Notes: generated by a model not told the origin, from the sequence alone. Positions 1-9,909 are shown, counted from the first letter of the stretch. The stretch: 64,000 bases of DNA from an uncultured virus (IMG/VR IMGVR_UViG_3300009155_000057) (IMGVR_UViG_3300009155_000057), one strand, 5' to 3'. Program-made: numbers and translations.

Positions 1-591
1 GAGTTTGTTGCAATCGAAGCCAACGTCGGTCTTGAACTTGTTCAGAGCGGCTTCAAGGCAGAAATTGGTCTTGCTCAGGACATCCGTGCCACAGCATCAC
101 CAACATTTGCTGGTATGACTCTTAGTGGTCTTACCAACAACTACCTTGTCAAGTCAGTTGCTGGCGTTCTCCAGAACGTTGCTGTTGTTGACTTTGTTGC
201 TGGTACACAGTACCAGGTCACTGTAACTAATGATGGCGATGGTTCAGCAACATTGAGCCTCCCAATCGGTCTTACCGATGCAAGCAATGGCGCACTCGTT
301 GGCTTTGCAGCAACCTCGGTTGTTGGCGCACTCAACGAACTCGCAGCAGGTTCCGGTGGTGGTAAGGGCAAGTGGGCAGAGATGCTCAATGCCGATATTG
401 CTAACGGCGCATTTACCTTCACATCTGGTCCAGACTGGAGCGCAGGTTCATTCGACAAGGCACGCGTTGACATCTACCTCAACGGTCAGATGATGAAGGA
501 GACCGCAGACTACGCACTTTCAGGTGTCAAGACTGTTACCTTCACCTTCGGCCTCAAGGCAGACGACGTCGTTACAGCACGTATCTGCTAA
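1..591 (+). CDS. C-terminal part of a virion structural/fibre-like protein (5'-truncated by the window edge)
   Basis: The frame is open from base 1 (EFVAIEANVG...) to TAA at 589-591. G/A/T/V-rich beta-type composition; 'IYLNGQMM..ADY..SG..VTFTF' C-terminal module typical of phage structural proteins. Confidence 0.55.
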   Translation, partial: EFVAIEANVGLELVQSGFKAEIGLAQDIRATASPTFAGMTLSGLTNNYLVKSVAGVLQNVAVVDFVAGTQYQVTVTNDGDGSATLSLPIGLTDASNGALVGFAATSVVGALNELAAGSGGGKGKWAEMLNADIANGAFTFTSGPDWSAGSFDKARVDIYLNGQMMKETADYALSGVKTVTFTFGLKADDVVTARIC

Positions 592-619
592 TTGATATAA
601 ATCCTTAGTTTCTAAGGTG

Positions 620-652
620 GCGGCAGGATTCAAAAGATCCTGCCGCTTTTTT
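620..652 (+). terminator. Rho-independent terminator
   Basis: GCGGCAGGAT / ATCCTGCCGC 10-bp stem followed by TTTTTT. Confidence 0.85.
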
Positions 653-675
653 ATTTTTGTTGAATAATTACTCAC

Positions 676-1137
676 ATGGAATACGAAAACATAGACACAG
701 TTATCAAAGAAATTGAAGAAATCATGTCACCAATTAAGAATCTTTTGAGTGTGACTGCTGACGGTATAAAGCAAGCAACTATAGAAAATTTAGGAACAAA
801 AAAGTTGTCTCAAATAGAAAAGTTTAGCAAAGAACTTATTGATGCAGCAGCAAAAATGCCAGAAGACAAAAAGGCTCAATTTTTGAATGATGGTGTTGTT
901 AAGATGCATGATTTTGTAAAAGCAGAGCAAAAGAATGCATCTGACAATTTGATCAAGCTAAATGAAAAGCAAAACACATTGTTGATTGTTATTGAGCACT
1001 TTGAAAAACAAATTGCATCAATGAAGTCAAGAAAGCAAGCAATTGAAAGAGTTGCTTCTGGTGACGTAGATGAAAAACATCCTGAAAGAATAGCAGTTCT
1101 TAGAGAAGCAGAGAAACTAAAAAAGAAAAAGGAGTAA
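676..1137 (+). CDS. hypothetical coiled-coil protein
   Basis: 153-aa ORF; the ATAATTA motif lies 5 nt upstream of the ATG. Confidence 0.6.
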   Translation: MEYENIDTVIKEIEEIMSPIKNLLSVTADGIKQATIENLGTKKLSQIEKFSKELIDAAAKMPEDKKAQFLNDGVVKMHDFVKAEQKNASDNLIKLNEKQNTLLIVIEHFEKQIASMKSRKQAIERVASGDVDEKHPERIAVLREAEKLKKKKE

Positions 1138-1140
1138 GTC

Positions 1141-1422
1141 ATGGAAATGTTATCACAGCAGGACTTAAACACAGTCCTCTACGCTCTTGCGGTTATTGTT
1201 CCTCTTGAATACACATTCGTTGCACTTTCATCTCTTGTTGCAAAGGTTGTAGTTGCAAACTTTGTAAGAGATCTTGGTGAAATTTCACGTTCACGTGAAA
1301 CAAAGCGCGAGTGTAATTCAGTTGAAGATAAGATTAAGGCAAGATATAAGCAGTCATTGCTTTGGCCTCTTGAAATTGCTCGTGAAATCAAGCAATTTTT
1401 TATGAGCAAAAAGAAAGACTAA
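1141..1422 (+). CDS. hypothetical membrane protein
   Basis: N-terminal hydrophobic segment; coupled to the next gene (TAATG). Confidence 0.55.
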   Translation: MEMLSQQDLNTVLYALAVIVPLEYTFVALSSLVAKVVVANFVRDLGEISRSRETKRECNSVEDKIKARYKQSLLWPLEIAREIKQFFMSKKKD

Positions 1423-2204
1423 TGTCAAGAGCAACCGCACTAGCGCAAAGATTGCGTGAATTAAAACTTGAAAGAGATGAACTTTTGGAAAGAAAGTCAT
1501 CTTATGATCATGACACAACTCGTGCGGTTGCTACTCTTGAGAAATTCACAAAAATAATCAAAAACGCAAATTTGCCAGACAATAGGCGTCAGCCAACTAT
1601 TGAACCCACTCAGCCAGAAAATATAGAAAATTCTAAAAAAGAAGAAGAGATTATTGAAGAGATTGAAAAAATAACGTCTGGCAAAGTTCCACCGTGGGCA
1701 AAAAAAGCATTTAGGGCAATTGCTCTTTTAACACATCCTGACAAAGTAAACAATGATTCAAGCATCAGCGATGCACAACGTGACAGATTGGTGTCAATTT
1801 ATCGTGAAGCAAATGAAGCATTTCATAATGCTCAATACGAAATAGTCGCTGAAATAGCCGCGGAACTTGAAATACAAGTTGAAATTCCTGTTGATGAAAT
1901 GGAATTAGCATTTGAAAGAAAAATAGTAGGAATAAAAAATCAAATTGTTTCAATGCAAAAAACGATTAGTTGGGTGTGGGGAACATCTTTTGGTGAAAGA
2001 GAAACGAGAATTAAGATTTTAAGACAAATAAGTAAGATAATTGGAGTTGAAACTCCAAATGATAATGTTTTAAATGAAATAATAAAAGAACTTGAATCAA
2101 TGCCAGATTTTGATATTATTGATAGACTTGGCAATGTTAGAAGAATCAAGTCGGGCGCTGAAAGAAGAAAAGTTGGAACAAGACCTGAAAAAAGAATAAG
2201 ATGA
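1422..2204 (+). CDS. J-domain (DnaJ-like) protein
   Basis: 'AKKAFRAIALLTHPDK...YREANEAF' matches J-domain helix II-HPD-helix III. Confidence 0.7.
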   Translation: MSRATALAQRLRELKLERDELLERKSSYDHDTTRAVATLEKFTKIIKNANLPDNRRQPTIEPTQPENIENSKKEEEIIEEIEKITSGKVPPWAKKAFRAIALLTHPDKVNNDSSISDAQRDRLVSIYREANEAFHNAQYEIVAEIAAELEIQVEIPVDEMELAFERKIVGIKNQIVSMQKTISWVWGTSFGERETRIKILRQISKIIGVETPNDNVLNEIIKELESMPDFDIIDRLGNVRRIKSGAERRKVGTRPEKRIR

Positions 2205-2205
2205 C

Positions 2206-3078
2206 ATGAGGAAACCTATGAGAAACTTAGAAATCAAAATCATTAAAAGACTTCTAAATGAATTCAGGATGCCTGAAAAGGAGCTTGACGTAGAGTTAGA
2301 CAAACTGTCACCAGATGAAGTTTCAAAAGCTCTTGATGATGCAATTGGAAATAATCATGTAAATGGTAAGCCTTATCCATCATGGTTGAGATCTATTAAA
2401 GAAGATACTATTAAAAAAATCAATTTAACAACTGATCCTTTCAAAAAATTTATTGAAACACATGTTGCTCATGTCTCAAAACATGAAGACGTTTTAAGCA
2501 TCTGGAGATCTTTTTATCTATTTACATCGGCATCTGTTTCTACAATAAGAGATACATCAAAATATGATGCAACAAAGTCAGTGAATTTTCGAAAAGACGC
2601 CACCGCTTCAGGCAATCTTCCACTTGATTTTATCCGTGATAATGATCTTCTTGATTTAGTAAATTTTGCTCCATCACAGGCAGATTATAAAAATGCTTCA
2701 ACAATTTTGACGTATGCTGCATCAACAAAAATAAAAGTTTATAATGAACTTTATAGAGGTATTACATTATCAAAACAAGTATGTGATTCTCTTGCACCAG
2801 GCATTCAGTTTCAAAATTGGCCAATTTCTTCTTGGTCAATGAATGGAGCAATTGCAAATCAATTTGCAAATTATGATCTTGATCCAAACACTCAATACAA
2901 GGTTATTCTTCAAATTGAACAATGTGAATATGGGTGTGAGGTTGGCACTGCAACAAACTATCGATCAGAAGAAGAAGTTGTCATGGGCAAAAGGTTAGAA
3001 ATAACTGACGTAGAACAGCGTGGTGGTAGAATGGGTTATCAAACTCTTTATCGTGTTACATGTAAAGTGATTGATTGA
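2206..3078 (+). CDS. putative ADP-ribosyltransferase (R-S-E clade) with leader motif
   Basis: C-terminal 'LYRG...SSWS...SEEEVV' triad; N-terminal 'IIKRLLNE'. Confidence 0.6.
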   Translation: MRKPMRNLEIKIIKRLLNEFRMPEKELDVELDKLSPDEVSKALDDAIGNNHVNGKPYPSWLRSIKEDTIKKINLTTDPFKKFIETHVAHVSKHEDVLSIWRSFYLFTSASVSTIRDTSKYDATKSVNFRKDATASGNLPLDFIRDNDLLDLVNFAPSQADYKNASTILTYAASTKIKVYNELYRGITLSKQVCDSLAPGIQFQNWPISSWSMNGAIANQFANYDLDPNTQYKVILQIEQCEYGCEVGTATNYRSEEEVVMGKRLEITDVEQRGGRMGYQTLYRVTCKVID

Positions 3079-3130
3079 TCAACAACTTGTGATAATTTTA
3101 CTTCATTTAATTAAATGATATCATAATGTT

Positions 3131-3511
3131 ATGAACGGACAATTTATCATAAACGTAGCTGACGCCTTAATGCAAAATCTTAATGAAAATGATAATATCA
3201 TTATTGAGAAGCGCATTTCAAATACAACTTTGGAAAATGTTGTGAAAGAGCTTTTGCCTGCACTTTCAAACGTAAAGATTGAAATGGAATCATCATCTCC
3301 TATTGAGCAACGTGTCCAAAAAGCTGCAGGAGCAATAGGAATGATTATAAATTCACTTTCAACATCTTTACGAGCTGCTCAAGATGATCTTATTAGACTT
3401 GAAGCAACCCAGGATGGAATGAAGCGTGCTTTGACAACCGTGAAAGAGGTTGGTCAAAATGTAATTGAAGAAAATAAAAAAGAAGAAGAATCCAAAAATA
3501 ATGATAATTAA
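3131..3511 (+). CDS. hypothetical coiled-coil protein
   Basis: 126-aa ORF; weak resemblance to 676..1137 (AQDDLIRLEATQ vs ASDNLIKLNEKQ). Confidence 0.55.
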   Translation: MNGQFIINVADALMQNLNENDNIIIEKRISNTTLENVVKELLPALSNVKIEMESSSPIEQRVQKAAGAIGMIINSLSTSLRAAQDDLIRLEATQDGMKRALTTVKEVGQNVIEENKKEEESKNNDN

Positions 3512-3526
3512 GATCACGGAGCTAAA

Positions 3527-4861
3527 ATGATTAGGTCATCAATTATAAGAAAAATTGTTATCGAAGAATTTGAAAATATAAAAAGAGATGACAACCCAAT
3601 TGTTCAATCTGATCTTGATGAAGAGGAGCTTGGCGGCGGATACAGTGTAGAGTTCAACGCTATGCCCGAAAATGACTTTATGAAAGAGTCATTTGATCAC
3701 ATCATTAAATCAGAAGTTCGAAATTATCTTTTAAAAGAAAACGTTGTTGGCGATATGGCCGAAGCAACTCTTAACAACGCTGTTCAATGGGTTGTTGATG
3801 CTGTTGTACAATATGGAATTACAACAGCGGGATTTGCTGCCGCGGTTCCTACTGCAGGGGCATCAGCCGGTGGCGGAGTTGCTACTGGAGCTGCAGCAAA
3901 AACTGTAATTGACTCAGCTATAGCAATGAAATATGTTAGTTCCGCGATTTCAATTTTTGAATTCTTGACTAACAACTTTAAACAACTAGAATCAGTATTT
4001 AAGCACGCATCTAAATTACCAGATTATGTAGATGATCTTGACAAGTTTTATAAAGAAAATACAAAAATGGTTCAAAAAGCATTTAACATGTTTGGTAAAT
4101 CTGGGAAATTAAAAGCACAATCAGTATTAGAAAAATTAGAAAAAGCCATCAATGATGCATTGGTAAAGCTATCTGTGATTGTATCAAAAATAGTTTCACC
4201 AGTTATCCCTGACGCAACTACTGCGGCAACAGTAAGAGAAATAATTACAACTGTTGGAATTGGTTTAACTTCTAAATGTTTCACTGTCCTAAAAGGAATA
4301 AGATCTGCACTTGGAAGTTATTCAGATTTCTTTTTTAAGTCTGAAAAAATTATGCCTTATATTAAGATGGCTATTCCAGCAACAATTGAAATTTTTAATG
4401 CAGTAGCTGACAAAACAGAAAATTCAAGTCTTAATATAGGAGATTATGCAGTTGCAGGGGTTGCAGTTGCAAAAAAAAGCGCACAAATTGTTGCTCCTAA
4501 AGTATTAAGAAGCATAGCTTCATATATTAAAAACGAGCAAGCAAATATTATTTCTGTAGTTGAAAAAATAGTTGAAATTGTAATTCCTACCTTTATAAGT
4601 CTCACCGCAACATTCCAGGCGCTTGCGAGTGGTGATGTGAATATTGCAGTACCTGGTGATGATGACGCTGATGTTGATAATAAAAACTCAGATGGTCCTG
4701 GTGATGTGCCTCCTGCAGTTGCTTCACAAACAACACCAGCTCCTGCGCCAACAAATGTCCCTAACATTGCTGAAATGAAAAAAGAGATTGGAAAGTTAAA
4801 CAAGAGATTGCAAGTTTTGAATGAAAGAAAATCTCGTCGTCGTAGGCTTCATTACGCTTAA
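3527..4861 (+). CDS. leader-bearing helical protein with Ala/Gly-rich hydrophobic segments (putative virion/ejection protein)
   Basis: 'IIRKIVIEE' and 'IIKSEVRNYLLKE' motifs; AAAVPTAGASAGGGVATGAAA segment; ATAATTA upstream. Confidence 0.55.
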   Translation: MIRSSIIRKIVIEEFENIKRDDNPIVQSDLDEEELGGGYSVEFNAMPENDFMKESFDHIIKSEVRNYLLKENVVGDMAEATLNNAVQWVVDAVVQYGITTAGFAAAVPTAGASAGGGVATGAAAKTVIDSAIAMKYVSSAISIFEFLTNNFKQLESVFKHASKLPDYVDDLDKFYKENTKMVQKAFNMFGKSGKLKAQSVLEKLEKAINDALVKLSVIVSKIVSPVIPDATTAATVREIITTVGIGLTSKCFTVLKGIRSALGSYSDFFFKSEKIMPYIKMAIPATIEIFNAVADKTENSSLNIGDYAVAGVAVAKKSAQIVAPKVLRSIASYIKNEQANIISVVEKIVEIVIPTFISLTATFQALASGDVNIAVPGDDDADVDNKNSDGPGDVPPAVASQTTPAPAPTNVPNIAEMKKEIGKLNKRLQVLNERKSRRRRLHYA

Positions 4862-4889
4862 AAGTGTGTAAATTACGATTGCGGCATTC

Positions 4890-4919
4890 ATGCAAATTTC
4901 CGGTGGTGCAGGTTATAAT
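4890..4919 (+). promoter_or_regulatory. early/replication-class promoter ATGCAA-N18-TATAAT
   Basis: One of 10 copies of the motif in the window; lies directly upstream of dnaE. Confidence 0.7.
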
Positions 4920-4962
4920 CTAGTGGTCAAGATAGCATAATAACCTGCAACCTGGAAAAAAC

Positions 4963-5043
4963 ATGAGCACCGGAGGAAATGAGAATCCCGTGCAAGTGCC
5001 GAGCCGCTTTTTTGGGCTCCACTCGCACAGCGGATTCTCCTGA
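4963..5043 (+). CDS. dnaE: DnaE N-terminal 26 codons carrying PHP motif I, ended by TGA
   Basis: Translates MSTGGNENPVQVPSRFFGLHSHSGFS*. HxH is the first PHP metal motif; the continuation TFDGLGY...MTDHG resumes at 5049 in another frame. Confidence 0.75.
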   Translation: MSTGGNENPVQVPSRFFGLHSHSGFS

Positions 5044-5048
5044 TAACC

Positions 5049-7730
5049 ACGTTTGATGGACTTGGTTATCCACAAGAGCACATTGATTTTTGTGTCGAGA
5101 ATGGTCTCGATGGTTGGTCCATGACTGATCATGGCCATATGAATGGCTATGGTCACGCCTGGCTTCACGCTGACAAGCTGAAGAACGCCGGAAAGTCTTT
5201 TAAGTTTATTCCCGGATGTGAGATGTATCTTCATCCAGACCTGAATGCTTGGAAGGCTGAACATGCTGAATGGTCTCAGCTAAAGCGTGATCGTAAAAGT
5301 CATGCAAAGGCAAAGGAGCGTCCCGAGAATATTGTGACTCCTCTTGTTGCTGTTACTGATAGTAGTGACGAAACAATTGGAATTGATACTGAGAATTCAG
5401 CTCTTACAATCGAAAATGAGGATGAGACCAAGTCGACAAAGCACTACAATCCTATCAATCGCCGTCATCATCTCGTGGTTCTTCCTAAGAACGATCACGC
5501 TTTGGAGCGTTTGTTTGGGCTGGTTTCTCGCGGGTACATGGAAGGATACTACAAGTTTCCTCGTATTGACTTGAAGATGCTGAAAGAGGCTGCTGAAGGT
5601 GATAACTTCATTGTCTCTACTGCATGTGTTGGCGGCCCTCTTGCATTCGAAGTGTTTCGAGAGCTGCAGGAGCATAGTTTCGACAATCTTAATAGCCAGC
5701 TGCTAAATGATCCGTCAATGATGGAGCGTGTGATTCGTCGTATTGGTGGAGCTTATGATGGTCTTACTTGGGCTGTTGGCCAAAAGAATGTTCTTTTGGA
5801 ACTGCAGTTCAACAAGCTTCCTGCCCAGCACGTTGTGAATCGTGCTATCATTGAGTTTGCAAACCGAAATGGTTTGCTTGACCAGCTTGTTGTCACTTGT
5901 GATAGCCACTATGCCCGTCCCGAACACTGGAAGGAGCGTGAAATTTACAAGAAGCTGGGTTGGCTCAACTATGCTGAGCTCTCGGCTGACTCGATTCCAC
6001 AGTCTCGTGACCAGCTCAAGTGTGAGCTTTATCCCAAGAATGCTCGGCAGGTTTGGGATGAGTTCCTTCTTTCTAGAGATTCACATGAATTCTATAAGGG
6101 TCAGGAAGACATTGTCAAGCGAGCGGTTGAGCGCACTTGGTATGTTGCCCATGAAGAGATTGGCAGCGTTCAACCCGATCGCTCTGTAAAGCTTCCAAGC
6201 TATGTTATCCCTAAGGACCAAACGGCTGATCAGGCGCTTATCTCGGCGGTGAAAGCTGGCTTGATTGAAAAGGGATTGCATGTTCATCGTGACTATATCG
6301 ATCGTGCCAAGTACGAGATCGATGTTATTAAGGGTAAGAATTTCTCTTCATACTTCCTAACTATGAAGGAAATCATCTCTGCAGCTCGTGAGCAAATGTT
6401 CGTTGGTGTCGGTCGTGGGTCGGGTGCAGGCTCTCTTGTCTGTTACGTCCTTGGAATTACCGACGTTGATCCTATCAAGTACGGATTGCTGTTTGAGCGA
6501 TTCCTGTCTCCTGACCGCGACGGATTGCCTGACATCGATACTGACATTGAGAATCGTGATCTGCTTCTTCAGATCCTTAGGGATAAGTTTGGAACTGAAA
6601 ACATTGTTCCAATTTCAAACTACAACACCTTCAAGCTGAAGACTCTTGTTCGTGACATCTCTCGTTTGTATGATATTCCTCTTGAAGAGGTGAATACGGC
6701 GCTGAAGACTGTTGAGCGTGAAGTTCAGAATGCTACTCGAAAAGTTGGCGACGACAAAAACATGTTCGTCTTGACTTTTGATGATGCATATGAGCACTCT
6801 CCAAGCTTCCGCGACTTTATTGATCAGTATCCAAAGGTTTCGGAGTCTATTAAGGTCCTCTTCCGCCAGAACAAGGCACTTGGTCGACACGCTGGTGGCG
6901 TTATCATTAGCGAGCGTATTGCTGAGCGCATGCCTCTTATCACTGCAAAAGGTGAAGCCCAGACTCCATGGGTTGAAGGCATGAACTACAAGCACCTTGA
7001 GTTGCTTGGTTGGGTTAAGTTTGACCTTCTTGGACTTGAAACGCTGCGAATGATTAGGCGAACGATTGAACTTTTGCTGCAGCGACATCACGGTGTGACA
7101 AACCCGACGTTTGCCGATGTCAAGGCGTGGTTTGATAAGCATATGGCAACAACTGTCATTGACTTCAATGATCAGAAAGTGTACGAAAATGTTTATCATG
7201 AAGCCACAAGTCGTGCTCCAGGTGTCTTCCAGCTCACAAGTAAGGGTGCCCAGCGTCTTTTCCAAAATGCAAAGCCTCGTTCTATCGTGGACATTGCAAC
7301 TCTGACGTCGATCTTCCGTCCAGGCCCACTTGCTGCAAAGGTTGATAAGCTTTACCTTGACTCGAAGGCTAATCCTTTGAGCGTTGACTATAAGCATCCA
7401 CTAATCAAGCAGGTGCTGGAGCCTACTTATGGTTGTTTGCGAGGTGATGTGATTGTGACAACAGACAGTGGTGACTTTACCATTAAAGAAATTGTTGAAA
7501 AACAAATGATTGGTCTTTCTCTTCCTTCTTTGAATGAAGAGACTCACGAAATTGAAGAAGATACCATCGTTGCAGCAATTCATACTGGCTTCAAGGAGAC
7601 ACTCGAAATTGAAGTTGAAGATGGAAGAACAATTGTTTTGACATCTGATCACAAAGTTTACACTCTTCGCGGCTGGATTGCAGCAGGAGAATTATCACTT
7701 GAAGACGAAATTCTTGGAATCGAAGCTTAA
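5049..7730 (+). CDS. dnaE: DNA polymerase III alpha (DnaE), N-terminal part, fused to the N-half of a split intein (7434-7727)
   Basis: TDHG, 'DSHY', 'GRGSGAGSLV', 'FERFL', 'PDIDTD', 'HAGG' and 'KFDLLGL' motifs; after EPTYG comes 'CLRGD...TSDHKVYT..GW' (intein blocks A and B). The ORF track starts it at ATG 5121. Confidence 0.92.
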   Translation, partial: TFDGLGYPQEHIDFCVENGLDGWSMTDHGHMNGYGHAWLHADKLKNAGKSFKFIPGCEMYLHPDLNAWKAEHAEWSQLKRDRKSHAKAKERPENIVTPLVAVTDSSDETIGIDTENSALTIENEDETKSTKHYNPINRRHHLVVLPKNDHALERLFGLVSRGYMEGYYKFPRIDLKMLKEAAEGDNFIVSTACVGGPLAFEVFRELQEHSFDNLNSQLLNDPSMMERVIRRIGGAYDGLTWAVGQKNVLLELQFNKLPAQHVVNRAIIEFANRNGLLDQLVVTCDSHYARPEHWKEREIYKKLGWLNYAELSADSIPQSRDQLKCELYPKNARQVWDEFLLSRDSHEFYKGQEDIVKRAVERTWYVAHEEIGSVQPDRSVKLPSYVIPKDQTADQALISAVKAGLIEKGLHVHRDYIDRAKYEIDVIKGKNFSSYFLTMKEIISAAREQMFVGVGRGSGAGSLVCYVLGITDVDPIKYGLLFERFLSPDRDGLPDIDTDIENRDLLLQILRDKFGTENIVPISNYNTFKLKTLVRDISRLYDIPLEEVNTALKTVEREVQNATRKVGDDKNMFVLTFDDAYEHSPSFRDFIDQYPKVSESIKVLFRQNKALGRHAGGVIISERIAERMPLITAKGEAQTPWVEGMNYKHLELLGWVKFDLLGLETLRMIRRTIELLLQRHHGVTNPTFADVKAWFDKHMATTVIDFNDQKVYENVYHEATSRAPGVFQLTSKGAQRLFQNAKPRSIVDIATLTSIFRPGPLAAKVDKLYLDSKANPLSVDYKHPLIKQVLEPTYGCLRGDVIVTTDSGDFTIKEIVEKQMIGLSLPSLNEETHEIEEDTIVAAIHTGFKETLEIEVEDGRTIVLTSDHKVYTLRGWIAAGELSLEDEILGIEA

Positions 7731-7771
7731 CATACGGAATACTTATCTTTCAAGAGAGAGGTTCTTGAAAG

Positions 7772-8626
7772 ATGCTACAATGTAAAGTGTGCAATGTCCA
7801 TTTTGTTTATGCTGGTCCTAAAGGAAAAAATTACAAAGCAAAAACATGCAGCAAAAAGTGTCGATCTGCTCTTTTAGCATCGAGAAATGTTGAAAATAGA
7901 ATTAATGAACTTGTAGTCTCAAATTGCGAAATTTGTAAAAAAGAAATAATCAACGCGATAACATGTAGCAAAGAATGTCATTCAAAAAGACTCTCTTTGC
8001 TTTATTCTGGAAGAAAGCTAACTGATCAATGGAAGTTGAATCAAAGCGCAGCCAAGCGTCGAGAAAACATAGTTAAAAATGGAGATTTTTTATGTCAAAA
8101 ATGTGGAAAACATTTTAGCACAAATCTTTCTCTTAGATCTCACAAATCTTATTGCACACCTAACAAAGACGAAGAAAGCGTTTCATGCGATATTTGTCAA
8201 AAAACTTTTTCTTCTAGTCGTGGACTAAAAATTCATTCTCATTGTCACTATGATTCATGGAATGAGCCACGCAAAGCTAAGCTTCAAGCTAAGGCAAAAA
8301 ACAGACGTTCACAAAATACGTCCAATGCAGAGCTCAAATTTTATGAATTACTTGTCAAATTTTTTGGAAAAGACGATGTTGTTCACAAATTTAAGTTTAT
8401 GGGATGCTCACACGAATATGACTTTTTTCTTCCTTCAAAGAATCTGATTATTGAATTTGACGGTGATTACTGGCATGGAAATAAAAGCATCTATACGCTT
8501 ACCGACAGAATGAAAAAACAATTTTGTCTTGATCGAATTTGGGATGAAAAAGCTGCACAAGCAGGCTACAATATTAAAAGAATCTGGGACTCAGAGTCGA
8601 AAGACTTTCAAATGGAGACACTTTGA
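7772..8626 (+). mobile_element. free-standing homing endonuclease: Zn-finger repeats plus a Vsr/DUF559-like PD-(D/E)xK domain
   Basis: Multiple CxxC...H motifs; 'YDFF...IIEFDGDYWHG...D...GY.I.RIW'; sits between the two intein halves; has its own AATACTTA motif at 7738. Confidence 0.85.
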
Positions 8627-9909
8627 TCGTACCTCTTAAAATCAAGTCCATTAAACGCAGCGAACCTACTGATGTTTATGACATCCAAGTTAAAAAGAAC
8701 CATAATTTTCTTGCCAATGGAATGATTGTTCATAATTGCATCATTTTTCAGGAACAATTAATGCAGCTCTGCAACGTTGTTGCAGGCTTTCCAAAGTCGG
8801 AGTGTGACAAGGTTCGAAAGAATATCTTGAAGCGCCAGGGCGGAAATCCTGAAGAGTCAATGAAGAAAGCAAAGGCAATGAAGGATAACTTCGTTACTGG
8901 CTCGGTCAAGAATGGAGTGAAAGAAGCTGTTGCTTCGAAGCTATGGGATGATATCCTTTTCTTTGCAGGATATGGTTTCAATCTTTCTCACGCTCTAGCT
9001 TATGCTATTGACTCCTATTATTGTGCTTGGTTGCTTACCTATTATGAGGCCGAGTGGCTTTGCGCATACATGGAGTCTATGATTGGCAATCCTGATGACC
9101 GTGCCGCAGCGATTTCTGACGTAAGAAAAATGGGATATGACGTTGGCAACGTTGATATTAACCTTTCAACTAACCAATGGAACGTAGATTCTGATCGTCG
9201 ACTGCTTATTCCATCATTCAACACTATCAAGGGCGTTGGCGACACGGCAATTGAAGAAATTACTGCTTGTCGTCCATACTCCTCGATTGAAGAAATGCTT
9301 TGGGAGGCTGATGGCCAGTGGCGTCCATCCAAGTTCAATAAGCGCGCTCTAGAGTCTCTCATCAAGGCAGGCGCTTTTGGATCTATGAACGTTGTTGGTG
9401 AAGGAAAGCAATTTTCAACCTGGAAGCAGATGCATCATGTTCTTATTGAAAGTGCTGATGACATCAAAAAGTGGTCAAAGCGTGACCCTGAAAAAGGCCG
9501 CCGTAAGTTCCGTGAGCTCCTTGTTGAGACTGAAGGAATGCCTGAATGGACAAGTCGTGAATATGCAGCGATGCAGGTTGAGTTGACGGGTAAGTTTGAT
9601 CCAACATCTCTCATTCCAGAGAAGTGGAAGACCAAGTTTGCAGCCCAGTCAGTTACTTCCATTGACGAGTGGGAGCGTCACGACATCTATTGGTTCATCG
9701 TGATGGGGTTTGTCACTAAAAAGACAAAGAATGGTAAACCTTATCTTCTTCTTAATGTGATTGGCGCCTCAGGTGAGCAGCACAAGATTTTCATGTGGGA
9801 TTGGGATGGTGTTACCACTTTCGAACCTTACACACTTTGTGTGGCAGAAGTTGATCGATCTGATTTTGGCTTTTCGTCGAAGCTAAAAAAGATGAAAATC
9901 TTGAACTAA
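8623..9909 (+). CDS. dnaE: C-half of the split intein (8623-8736) plus DnaE C-terminal part
   Basis: 'KIKSIK...VYDIQVKKNHNFLANGMIVHN|CIIFQEQ' gives intein blocks F/G with a +1 Cys; then 'FAGYGFNLSHALAY', HhH 'IKGVG' and an OB fold. TTG start with GGAGA SD overlaps the upstream TGA. Confidence 0.92.
   Translation: MIVPLKIKSIKRSEPTDVYDIQVKKNHNFLANGMIVHNCIIFQEQLMQLCNVVAGFPKSECDKVRKNILKRQGGNPEESMKKAKAMKDNFVTGSVKNGVKEAVASKLWDDILFFAGYGFNLSHALAYAIDSYYCAWLLTYYEAEWLCAYMESMIGNPDDRAAAISDVRKMGYDVGNVDINLSTNQWNVDSDRRLLIPSFNTIKGVGDTAIEEITACRPYSSIEEMLWEADGQWRPSKFNKRALESLIKAGAFGSMNVVGEGKQFSTWKQMHHVLIESADDIKKWSKRDPEKGRRKFRELLVETEGMPEWTSREYAAMQVELTGKFDPTSLIPEKWKTKFAAQSVTSIDEWERHDIYWFIVMGFVTKKTKNGKPYLLLNVIGASGEQHKIFMWDWDGVTTFEPYTLCVAEVDRSDFGFSSKLKKMKILN

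Noticed and set aside
5008..5013. T6 run as the dnaE frameshift site
   Set aside because: Shifting here would lose the HSH metal-binding motif, which lies downstream in the original frame.
6615..7397. 260-aa minus-strand ORF
   Set aside because: Antisense shadow of dnaE; no motifs or SD.
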